Shown here: piece by piece, positions 12,901 to 25,700 of the stretch
Layout of the letters: every line of letters starts with the position of its first letter
Position numbering within the stretch: the first letter of the stretch is position 1
Assembly (NCBI RefSeq): GCF_000002075.1
Contig: NW_004797702.1
Span: 560,468-619,653, forward strand
Length of the DNA: 59,186 nucleotides
Source: Aplysia californica
Taxonomy: Eukaryota
Direction: 5' to 3'
Notes under the pieces: model-generated
Database searches by the model: none
What the model saw: the letters and a program-made list of their open reading frames with translations, nothing else
What the model was told of the DNA's origin: nothing
Position numbers and translations under genes: made by a program

Positions 12901-15900
12901 ATGTTTAATAAGAAGCATACAGCTCGGCTAAGGAATGACGGTGTGATGACGGACATCATGTATATATAGGTGTTCCTTTTTGTACATTGGCAAAATCTGG
13001 CAGTAATAGAGGCTGGAAGTTTAACAGGGTTTGACTGGGCTTTGTATATTAGTTGATCTTATTTACCAAATAATATTGAGACTTAATTTTGAAATGGTTG
13101 TGAATGTTTTGTATAAATTGGAAAAGGAAATGTGAGCGGAATACATTTTTTATCAGTCATATCTCATTTTGTGCTATTAAGTGTATCCTTATGCCGTGAA
13201 TATAGGACCAGTTCACTACTGTTTTGCCTGAACTTTCATATAGCTATAACTGTTGTTTTTTTAAAAGCATTCTTAGCTGCACCCTTAAAACCTAATTCTT
13301 TTTTGCTTGTGTGTGGAAGGATGTGGTTTTTGTTTCCTCTGTTCAGCAGCCCTCTGAAGAAACTTCTTGACTGCCATGTTGGACGTCAATACTGTATTTT
13401 CATTAAACCAATGGTGTATCACTGAAAGCTATGAAACATTTATCTTTTTTTTTTTTTAGAAATAAAAAATAACTTATACATCTCAGGATTCCCGGTACAT
13501 TACCACACCAAACACGGATGGGGCTACCTTGTGCCATATCATGAGGAGCTGACTGAGGTAGAAATGGAACTACGAGAGCAAGACACAAGTCCAGAAGATG
13601 AGCACAGATTTCCTCTGCAGTAAGAGTTTTTGTGTGGATTCTGTGGACTCAAGTAGGACTGTTTCTTGCTCTGCCACTCTCAACTAATGCAGCCTGCCAG
13701 ACATGCCCCAAGACTTGACGTTTTACCCATTCTGTTTCTATTAGGTTATTTTCATTTTAATGAAAAACTTTTTTCTTGCAGTAGCAGACACTGAAATCTC
13801 AACCTGATAGTTGTGCATTGTCAAGTGAAAAGTAAAGGGGTGTTTAGTTTTAACGCCCCTATCAACACAATAAGGTTGTTTTAGGGGATCTGAATTTAAC
13901 ACATTCTGTCTCCGATAAGACCATTCCAAATGGGTTGTTGGCGCTCATATGACCTTATGCAGTTGCGAGTGCAGTAAAACCACAACTAAAACAACAACAA
14001 ATGGGTTGAGAAACTTGAAAACTCCACAAAATGACCTCAATTCAAGAATTCCCTGTCTGGGTTTTGAATCAGGGCCATATGCTCCATAGTCCAGCATGAT
14101 ACCGACTGAGCATATGGAATGCCCTTTGTCAAGAAAATCTACATACAAAATAAATTGTGTCATAATGGAGCAAGATTGTTTGGTTTCTTTTTACTCGGAG
14201 TGTAAGTCATTTTTTAACATCACCTCCTTCATACTTGCAAGTCAGTATGTCTTTTACTTACTACTGTACTGAGTTCAGCTTTTCACAAAAATGATGATTC
14301 TTTGATAGCAGAGCAGTTTTGTATTCTTGTCTTGTTTATAGAGGATGTGTAGCTTTGAATTGTTTTTAGAAAGGTGTTACTGGTGGAAACAGGAATATTT
14401 CATGATTAACTCACTTCAGACGGGTCACACAACAGTTGCGTGACCCCCGCTGCGACGCTCGCGACGGGTCTCACAAGCCCTGCGTGACCAACTTTGGAAT
14501 TTTTTTTCCGCTCTACAAATCACGCACGGATCGCGAGACCCGCCTCGTACCCTTGTTTGGCCAAGCCTGAGCTACTTAGACTTCGTTTCGTATCTCTGGG
14601 GCCGGTAGTTTTTAAGTTATTGAAGGTGAAGGACAGTGACCCCAACTGGGGTTGAACAGACCGGAACTCGCGCTTTGTTTTTTTCTATACAGCTGATAGT
14701 AATCCGACAGTCGCGTCGTAGTAACGGTCGAAGAAGTCGCATGAACAAGAATCACATAATTTCACTGTTTTCTATACTTCTGTGCGTTTTACTAGTTCTA
14801 GTGTCTCAGAATATGATGTGTCTAATAGTTAAGATCCTGGATATGTACCCGAACACGACCCGAGTCGTAGTTCTAGGGCTAGATCTAGCACTAGTACCGG
14901 TGTTGTTTTTCGCGCAACGAAATAACAACGTCGTGCTGTACATCTGTCTCATGTAATTCAGTGTATGGGTCTGAATCAATGCACAGACCAGCTTTTATAT
15001 TTTCACCAAACACTCGCACATGTATACAAATCAAACCAGAACACTTTGAACTTTTATTTTTGTTGTTGCAGTGAATTTCATTCTACTTGTCACGTCTCTG
15101 GAAATTTTTCGGAAAATCAAATTCATGCCAATTTTTAAAAAATCATACAAATTAAAGTATTAGACTTAGACAACTTTAGTTTTTTGTATTAGATTAAGCT
15201 TGAACGTTACTTTACTGTGTCAAAAAATTATTACAATAGAATAATTCTGAGAGTTGTGGTGATTTATTGAAATACCCCCAAAAATGCCAGTCTGCAACGC
15301 TTGTGACTGGTGAAAGGGCCCAGTCGCAAGTGAGTTAAACCCATACTACCCCTGAAGTTTATAACTGCAGAGCTTACATAAGATTGGCAATGGCTTTTTT
15401 TGTGTGGTGCTCATGTATTATCAACCTTTGTTTTCATAGATGATGCCTCCATGAATGATTCTCATCTCCTGGAAATATTCCTGCAAATGATTATTCATTT
15501 TTTCTGTTTTCAGAGCCTTTCTTTCGTTTGTGAAAGAAAACAATCCATTGGATTATGGGTCTTTGTCGGGTGCTGATGGACTCATGGGGTCACCAGAAGC
15601 TATGAAGCATTTGGATGTAGACTTTGATCAGAAGGCCATGGATACAGATGAAAAAATACTGCATTGGGAGACAGCTTTGAGCAAGAAACCAGTATGTTAT
15701 AGAGTCTACAGCTTTGGATTAGCTTGACGAATTTTGAATATTTGTGGAATAAGGATACAATGGTGGACATGCAGCTTTAAGCTCATCTGAAATATTCTAA
15801 TCTTATATTTAATTATCAGACCTGCCACTCATCCCGATTTAGTCGGGATATCCCGATTTTTTTGCCCCAAATCTCAAGCATCCCAATTTTCCCGATTTCG

Positions 15901-16673
15901 ATCGCGTGTATCCCGATTTTGTGTCTCAGTCTGCTGTTGTGCCGGATTTTTCTAAAAACATACTCTGCCTTCTCTTTTATTTTTATCGCGGGAAGCACCC
16001 ATTGAACCTTTTTTCAGTAGGAACTCGGAGCACTATTTCCTGAAATATCGATGCCGCATTTAGTAGTTGACTCGCCCCAAGTTGTGTGTGATCTTTGCCC
16101 GCACTCAGAATTCTCCAATGATAGCCTGGTAACTGTTACAATTTGAAATTGGGACATACAAATAATCGATAATATTCAAAGTTCCACTGTTACTTTCAAA
16201 ACAAGCCTTGTCCGAGGTCTGGTAACTGTGCGTTCACACTAAACACTCGGACGAGCGACAGTCTAACCCTTACACAACTGCATGTAACTGCGCTGACAAG
16301 ACTAACATACGGCCGTTGTCGTTGCTTTAGTCTGAACGCCTTATGAGGGATAAGAGATTTGTTGGTACATTTGGTCGGTCGGCCGCCGCCGTTATCCAAG
16401 AAGTAGAATGACTGTTGCTCATCCGAGTGTTTTGTGTGAATGCGCAGTCGGACCCGTTAGTAAAATTGTTTCAATTGCGCATTCGCGTCACGTGACATGA
16501 CATCGCCGTGTGAGTTCTTCGTGTCGGGGACGGGGTCAACTTAAGTTCATGTATTTCGGGAGTTATTTGTGGGGGAGGGGGGTATAGACTCTTGGACTAA
16601 GAGTGCTGGACGTGATGCTTCAGGATTTACAAAAAATAATGATTACTCCCACACACACCCGCACACACACATG

Positions 16674-16706
<33 letters not shown>

Positions 16707-19700
16707 ACATGCACGCAAACAAAGAAAGACACAGAGAGGGCATAGGCCAAGTAATTTATGGACACCCCTGGAAAAAAATTTTAAGTTAGCTTTGGCAGTC
16801 ACCTTGGTGATTTGCTGTTGATCCCGATGATCCTGATTTTTTTTCTCCCTGAGATCCTGATTTTGAGGTTTCATAGAGTGGTAGGTCTGAATTGTGTGCT
16901 ATTTTTAGTTCTTTGTTTAAGTCTTTTAATTTTTTAATTTAATCAATTTTTTTTTGAGGGGGAGGCCCAACCTACAATGTATATTTTAAAGACTATGTGT
17001 TTGTTACTTTGACTGACTCAGTCTGTCCAAACAGAGTATGATTATTTTACGTTGATTTTTGCTAGATATTGTGTATTCCAATGTGCATTTAAAATATTTC
17101 GCAATTTTTGTCTGTCCTTTCATAAACTTGCAGGAATGCTCTACGATTGCTATTGTTTGCAGTCTACCATTTATGGTCATGGCTTAGCCATCATCATGTT
17201 AGTGTCCTATTTGATGTTACTGAGACTGGAAGTGATGATATATTTTAGAAGTTATTCTTTCGCTCTTTCTTCAGAGGAAAATCCCAGATCATGTTGGGGT
17301 TGGCCCTTTCAACATTGACATTCCTGGTGTGAGGTTCTACAAAATACCTCATAAGGTAATTTTTTTTCTTCTCATTTCACTTATGGAAGAGATAAAGAGT
17401 TGTGTGAATCTATAGTTTTTGTGCAAAAATGAATGTCTCTACATATCTTCTCACTTCAGAAAGTGAAAAACGGTGCCTGTTTTTTTTGGTTTTGTTTGTA
17501 TGTGTGTGTATTGGGGGGGGGGGGGGGGTATACTATTTAGCGTAATGATTTATGATTTAGAGCTTTAAGCACATAACAAGGCACTTGTTTGTCAGTAAAA
17601 AGTTGAGTTGTTCCCGCATCTGATCTGGACATTGGGGATTGCCTTGTTAGTGAGACAGCTTCCTGGGCCTTCGGCATATTGTGGTAGGGTGGCCAGTTCC
17701 TTTCCACATCGCCTTTACTTCCCCAAATTTGAAGTCAGATACCCATTACTGCTGGGTGGGCAGGAGGGGGCAAAAAAAAATTTGTGTCCAAACTGAGGCT
17801 CGAACCTGGACTTTCCGCTTCGGAGACGAGCGCACTAACCGCTCCGCCATCGCAACTGTTTATCAGTGCTAATGTTATATTTTTGTATGCTGAAACAATA
17901 ATGAATAACTGGTCCTTTGACAGCCCCCCCCCAAAAAAAAAGAGAGAGAGAGAGAGAGAGAAAGTTTAACTTTTGCAATACTATGTTTTCAACAGTAAGA
18001 AATTCATTTACTTCAATATTTGCGATATGAGTTTGTTTTTGTGGTTCAACAGAATGGAGGCCACAATAAAGTTGGCAACCCGCTGGCTCGAGATTACCTG
18101 CTGCGCGCGAAGGACGGGACTCTGAAAGCCAGCACTGGAGCTCATGCCAACAGGGCTTTACTTCTGGGCCGCATGTGCTCCTACTGGAAGAATAACCAAA
18201 AAAGAATCATGTAGGAATATATTCAATTATTGGTGTACTAAATAGCTGTACTTGACACACTGCAGATCATTTGACAGGCAGAGCTCATTGTCTCTTGTTC
18301 TGTCCCTGTAGTTTTATTTTGTTTAAATTCTGAAATTATGCAAACTGAGCCAAAAAAATGTGAAATTTTGCGATTCTGTTACTTCTAACAAAGAATGATA
18401 AAGGAAAATAATCAGAAATTATGCAAAAAATGATCAAATTTGCGGGGTGCTTAAAACGACGGGGACAGCTTGTTGGGTTGCATACTTATGTAGAAATATT
18501 GGAGGAAGGATCTGAAAAATAATTTAGTCCTCAATGTGATTCAAATCTCAAACTTCCATGAGGCAGACAAAGTTTTTGACCTACCAGACTACATTCCGGT
18601 TGACTAAGGTGTAGGCCTACTTGAAGATTTTTTTGCAACTTAGGTTTTGTATAATACCAGGTTCTTCCTATAGCATAAGTACTTATGTTGTCTAGCAGGG
18701 ACAAAATATAAGTTAATTAAGATAAAAGAGTTATAAGAAAGTACTGTTGAGAGAAATTTGATGTTCACTCTGAAGAAACGATGGAGGAACAATGACTGAA
18801 AATGGTTTTTCATCATCAGAGACAAAAACTATTTAAATGCATGTGGTTTAAGAGTGAAAGTAGTTTTTGTCTTTGGTATTTTGAATGTGACTTGTTCTGA
18901 CCAATCCATGGGAAATGTTATGTTTCATCCATTTGCCTATACTATAAATAAATTTAGGAAACCTCATTCAGAGGTAGAATATGGCGATGTCATTCTTCCT
19001 TTTTTTTTTTTAGCAGAGGTTCTCTGATTTGTCTTTTCTCTTGGTCAAGCCTTGCTGTGATAAAACCATTGTGCTCCTTTTCCATCGATCATTATTCAAA
19101 GCTTTGTTCATTTCTGTGGATCATTATTTCAGGGGCCAAATGCATGTGTGGTTGCAGAAGCAAGAGCTTGGCAGGACTTTGAAAAGGTGATAATATATGT
19201 GATAGTAAAAACTAATAATATAATAGATTTGTAAACACTTGGAAGAAGAGATTGGTAGTCACCTATGAGATATATCCAAATTCTTACACCTTGAAAAGCA
19301 AAATGCAACAATAGAGTATGCTTCGAAATGACTATTCAGTGATTGTTTTTCATGAGAGCAATCAGCAACATGTACTTCCTGTTTAAATCACTTCACTATG
19401 AGCAGGCAGATAATGAAGGCAATGTAGAATTATTGAGTAAAGTAATCATCGACATAGTTTGAGCTGTAAAAGATTTTATTTAGAACATTGTATGAAATCT
19501 GCGTGATAAAGTCAAGTCTGAAATTGTTGGTTTGTTTTAAGTAGGCTGAGGTGAAATGATTGTACTTTGCTCACAATTATAATTTTGTGTGATGCCAATA
19601 GCTGTTAGTTAAGACAATGGGAAGAGTGTCTGGGTGATTTTTTATTTTTCAAACCTACTTTCTCCTTTGTCTCCCCCCCCCCCCCACCCCTTTAAAAAAA

Positions 19701-22700
19701 ATTGTGTCAAATATTTCGTATTTGATGTTATCTGGAAAATTAGATGCACAGAAGTGATAATTAAGAGTATGAATACTTGTCTTAGTAATAACACAGAAGG
19801 TATTATCCTTCCAGCCATCCGGACTACAAGTCAGACGGTTTGTATGGTGCCATTGTACCTCGTATTGTCACAGCGGGAACCATCACAAGACGAGCTGTGG
19901 AGCCAACGTGGCTGACTGCCAGCAATGCTTATGTGAGTTTGTGTAGCTTAGAAAAAATCATAATTTCACGCAGTGTGTTGTAGCAAGATTCTTGAAAGTA
20001 AGGCCTTGATAAACTTCTTATTTTCTTCTTCATGTTGCTTCTTTCTGACATAACATTCTGTTTGCTTTTCTGCACGGAAGTGTCAAAAGGACCTTACATT
20101 GTTGAGGGAGTCTTCAATTTTTGGGTAATTTTGATCGACTTTAATTTAGACCATAAAATGTATTTTTTAAAATACTGGTAGAGATACATCTGTGTCAAAA
20201 AGAAGGGACACTGCTTTTCAGGACATAATGACACTGGTTCCTCATTAAAATTTACTCAGGTATTGAGGGCCCTGTAATTAGACTCTTAGATGTTCAGTCT
20301 AGAAGTTGTGTGGCTGATCCCTGACTCAGTTGAGTCCAGTGTATTGTCATTGAGGAGACACAGTATAGTTTTTCTGCTTTTGATAAATATTTTTACAGCA
20401 CCTGCATCTACTAGGGTGGGGGGGGGGAGGGCTGGCCGCTTACTGATTAAAACCGTATCTGGGGGATGATTTAGATTAGTTTGTTCCACTGCACATAATG
20501 GAGTGTTGAATATGATCTATCTTGTACATTGCAAAAACTTTTTTTTTATTCACTTAAAATCAGTCACATTATTAATATTTGAGACAACTGTAGTGGTAGC
20601 TCAACGATGACATTATGATACTGTTTGCCTTTAGACTGACAGGATTGGCAGTGAACTGAAGTCTATGATCCAAGCTCCCCCTGGTCACTGTTTTGTTGGA
20701 GCTGATGTTGACTCACAAGAACTGTGGATTGCAGCTGTTCTTGGAGATGCATATTTTATGAAAGAACATGGTAAGGCTTTTGGGTAGTTGGCGGGTGCTC
20801 TGGTGGGATTTGCTTCTTCTTTCCTATCAAACATCTATCGTCCTTTTCTCTCCCCCTTCTTTTTTGTGTTTTTTACTCTGTTGTAAAAACTCTAATCTTC
20901 GGCACTTGTAAGACCTTATTGTGTTGCAAGTGCTGTAAAACTCTTACTAAAACTAAACTGTTACAGCCTGAGATTATGTTTGCTGGTATGGTTGGTATTG
21001 ATTTGCATGTTTGAATAAAGAAGATGCTTAAAAAGATAATAAAAATGTTGTTTTCTTTTTAGCAAGCTATTGGTGTGACCTCTTTAAAAAAAAGTGTAGA
21101 TGTTTATGGGTGGGGGAGAGGAAATGATACACAGAAAGACATTAGCTCTATATGATTCCTGAAACCTCTTCCCTTTGTTTAAAATTCAGAAGGGGGTGGG
21201 GAGTATATTATTAGGTAGCGTAAACACGGCCTCGCGGGCACTCGCGGCCTTCCGACCGCGTGGTATCGGTAAAATCGGGGTAATTCCGATCGTTGTTTCT
21301 TTGCTCTTTCGCTATAAAACACCAAGTGCCGTACACCTTGTAAAAGTTCAGCTTTTCCTCGTTACAATGGTGTAAGTTGTTTATATGTCTGATTAGTAGG
21401 AGCTGGAAAATCGCCGACGAAAGCGAAGCCCCTCGCTGTCGGAATGCGAGGTCGGCCGGTTGAAAAATTGACACGCGTGCATTCAAATGCTTCGCGGAAC
21501 GAGGGATGATTAAATACCGTCTTTTCATTGGCGGAGAACTGTAGAACTTTAAACGGGCTTTCCCGTGATATAAGTTTAGCCTTTGGCGTCTTTATAGAAA
21601 GCTTTTAAAAATATCGTCAAAATGTTTAAAGTATCCCTTTTTACACAAAATACGTATATTACCGACTTATAACAGGTATTAATTAAAAGATCAGTCCATT
21701 TTCTATTAGAATAAAGTTATTAACTTGGCATTATTTTTCATCAATCCTTCCGCGAGACTAGGAAAGCATGTGACCCTGCACGCGGGGTACACTACAGTAT
21801 AGAGCCGACTCGCTCGCCGCGGGGGCCGGTGCGCCGCCGCCGGGTCAACGCTCGGTGTTTTTGTCGAAATAACGACAGATCATCCTGTTTGAGGCAATAA
21901 AATACTGATTTGTAAAGATCTCACTGTCTTGAAAAAAATTAGGCTCCATATATTTGTTAAAGTGATTGTGCTCTGTTAATGTGGAGATGTTTAGTGCACT
22001 TGGTACTTTTTTATTGTCTGTCAAACATGGGGTTGCAGCCAGTGACTGACTTCAACAAATTTGATCAAATTTTAAACAACTTCAATTTTATTAAAAATTG
22101 ACGGAGAGGTTAAAGAATGGTACCAAAATGCTCAGTGGATATAGGCCTTTCAAATGGAACAGATAAATTTGGCATACAGCAAGTTTGAAAATTCAGTTTC
22201 TGGTACCTAATATTATGTTGCAACATGTATGTGTGATAGTTTCACACAGTGAGCATGAAAACATTCATGTATTTTCTTATTTTGCTGAGATTGATTACCT
22301 ATGTTATTTCACAGATAAAGTCCAAAAGCTAAAAAAATGACCTTGATAGCTAGCTATGAAATCTGTGACAATTTTGATATCTATGAATTGGGAATTTTTA
22401 AATATAGAAAATACAAGGGCTTCTTAAGCTCAGAATCATGAAAATTTGGCTCTGTTGTGCTCTTAAGAATATTGATTTCTACCTTCATTTAATTCTTCAT
22501 GTCAGAAGAGTGTGCGTTTTTTCTAAAAAGTGATGCTAAGATTGGGCCACAAGAATTGTATGATATTCTATAATAGATTATTATTATTACTATTGTTGTT
22601 ATTATTATTATTAATGATATTTATTTCTTAGATATCTTGATTTCCTAGTTTTAGTGAGCCCTGGTATTTTCTATATAAACAATTTCCCAACATGTCTGGT

Positions 22701-25700
22701 ATGCCTTGTAACCTTATTTTCTTTGTTTTCGTGATTCAGAAAGGTGCTTCACTCCATATATATATATGCATACCTAAAAATATATTGGGAAAAGATTGCC
22801 TCCTTTCAAACACATATTTGCCAGCTTGGCTCTTTGCAAAGTTCCTTACCTTTTGTACAACTATTAAAATTGAACTAAGGTATTAACTGCGTTAAGAAAA
22901 ATATCTTATGATCAGAGTGTTTGATCTGTTATTGTATTGTGGGTAGGATGCACAGCTTTGGGCTGGATGACGCTTCAAGGGAACAAGGCAGACAAAACAG
23001 ATTTGCATAGTAAGACTGCGGAGATTGTCAGCATCAGCAGAGATCATGCAAAGGTAAGTTTATGTGAGTGAGAAGAATGCTTTTAAATAGATAGTTTGTT
23101 TTTCGTTTTGGAACAGATGTGAAGGGTCTGCGGAATTAGGAGGATTCTGAATCAAGGTACAGTTTATAAATACCTGACATCCTGATAATTTAAAAACTTT
23201 GACTTTACCATTTTAAATGCTTTTTACCACAAAGAGTCCATGAGCCACATCCTTGCTTTCATGCAATTGTGAAAACGGTATTTAAACTATACTGAAGATT
23301 ATCTAAATGGTCATGGTAGTGAATGTGTATTTTCTACTAATTTTATTATATTTTTTATCAGCAAAAATGGTTTGTCTAGTTCCAGCCTGACATAATAGCA
23401 TAAGCTCCACTGCCTGTTCCTGATCTCTTTTCTAAAAATGTCCTGCTGAAAACCTTTTGTTAGAAACTATAAAAGATGTATGAGATATTCCAAATATTTT
23501 AAGATTTTTTTTGTTTGTTTTCAAACCTTTGACATAGCTTTTGCAATACCTGTAATACTTCTTCTCTTGCCATCTTTAAGGAGATATTTATTTCTGAGGT
23601 TTTGTATTGAGTTATGGAAAATTTGTTTGTACTTTTTTTTGACTCTTTCAATTCAGGTGATGAACTATGGTAGAATATATGGAGCTGGACAAACTTTTGC
23701 GGAGCGTCTGCTGATGCAGTTTAACCCACAATTGAGTTCTCAAGAGGCTAAGAGGAAATCTGGCAAGATGTACAAACAGACGAAGGGCCAAAGAAAGTAT
23801 GAGCACTTGTGGTTCTTGAGTCTTTTGGCCAAGAATGTTTTGGTTTTGAGAAAGTACAGTTTAGATTATGAAAATTCTCTTTATCAATGACAACAACATA
23901 ATGAGCTCTATACTGATTAGATAACAAAGTTATTTTCATTTTCAGGAATTTAAAAGGGTGTATTTGAACCAATGAAGGTAGGAACTATTTTGCTTTGAAA
24001 GATTTCAGAATTCTACACTGAGTCTTCATGTGTTGGTACTGTAGTCCAATTGTTTATTGAACAGATAAAAATAGAATAATTTCAAATGGCTGTTACATAG
24101 TGTGATTGCCCAGTTATATTCTGTAGGCTGTGCCTTATATAGGCCAATGATGTGTTCGAAATATTGGGCCGATGCTCTTCTGTATTTCTCGACAGATAAA
24201 GATCACCTCGGACTTGATTAAAATGTTCCAACTTTAGGATTTTTTTTTTTCAGTGCCCAAGGACAGTGGATTGGTGGATCGTAAGTTAATTGTTTGTTTG
24301 CTCTGTTGTACATGAGCTTAACAGCTAGATTGCCTCTTACAATGAAGATTATTTGTTGCTGTCCAACCGTTATATGTGAGGCAACGTGGTGGAATCAGGC
24401 TCTCGTCAATTTTTGGGCATGTAGAGTTATTGTTATCATCTTAAAGCTTGTTCACTTGTCTTTATTTGGATGAAAAAATATCCATTTATCTTGCATACAA
24501 GTTGAGATATTTGCGAATAAAGGAGGTGAGGGTCACCTGTTTTCAGAGGTAAAATTAGTGAGAAAATGGCAGCCAAAGATTCGTTATTTCCTTAGCTTAA
24601 GAGTCCGTGGCAACTGAAAGTTTACATTTATTGTACATTTAATCAGCGTTTTTCAGAAAAATCCACACAGAAATAAGTTCTTAAATGGGCATGAAAGGTG
24701 GTAAGCCAATAAACGAAAATTTGACAAAAATTCACAAACCTGCAGAAAAATTCAAGTTTCTTCACTTTGATTATTTTGACGAGAGCCTGATTCCACCACG
24801 CTGCCTCACATATAATCTTTCAACTTACTACACACATAGAATAAAAAATTCTGAAATGACAGCTGTGTGTCCTTACTTTTTAGTTTTTGATGTCTCTGCA
24901 CAAGTGTTTTTTGTTGAGTATTTTTGTGGTGCAGTTTGGGGGGAAGTCTTTTGTTTTAATGGAATTTCAACTTTTTTTTTCTCCTTAATTTCTAGTTTTA
25001 CTTCATTCTTAATTTTTAGAAAATTTCTTTCAGAACGTTTCATCTGTTTTTTTTTCATCAATTTCTCTTTTCATCTATAGAATTATCATACCTTGATGAG
25101 GTTTGGTTTTTCAAATGGAATTATAATCTTCCCTGAACAAAGTAAGTCTCATTTAAATTGACTGTTTTCATCTCCATGAATTTACCGCCCAAAAAGTCAT
25201 GACGTACGTGCATAGCTGCCCACTGTCCCGGGCCATCCGTATTTTGTACGGATTTTCTTGAAAAATCGATGTTGTCCCGGATATACGGATTTTGACCGAC
25301 GGTCCCGGAAAATAACAACTTGGCAAGCATACTTCTAAAACAGAAAAATTAGCCTTCTGTTGCTCGGGAAAATTGTAGTTTAACTATACACGCATGTGGT
25401 TTAACTATGCACACCCACCTCATGTAGCGATCCAACTTGCACTCTGGTCGCAACTCTCTGCTCTGCGCCTCGACCGCTACTCAGGCAGTCTTCAAAAGTN
25501 NNNNNNNNNNNNNNNNNNNNNNNNNNNNNNNNNNNNNNNNNNNNNNNNNNNNNNNNNNNNNNNNNNNNNNNNNNNNNNNNNNNNNNNNNNNNNNNNNNNN
25601 NNNNNNNNNNNNNNNNNNNNNNNNNNNNNNNNNNNNNNNNNNNNNNNNNNNNNNNNNNNNNNNNNNNNNNNNNNNNNNNNNNNNNNNNNNNNNNNNNNNN

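Noticed and set aside
14636-14956. Repeated hydrophobic ORF (also 50934-51149)
   Set aside because: Lies within two copies of the same non-autonomous element; no recognisable domain; similarity is explained by repeat identity
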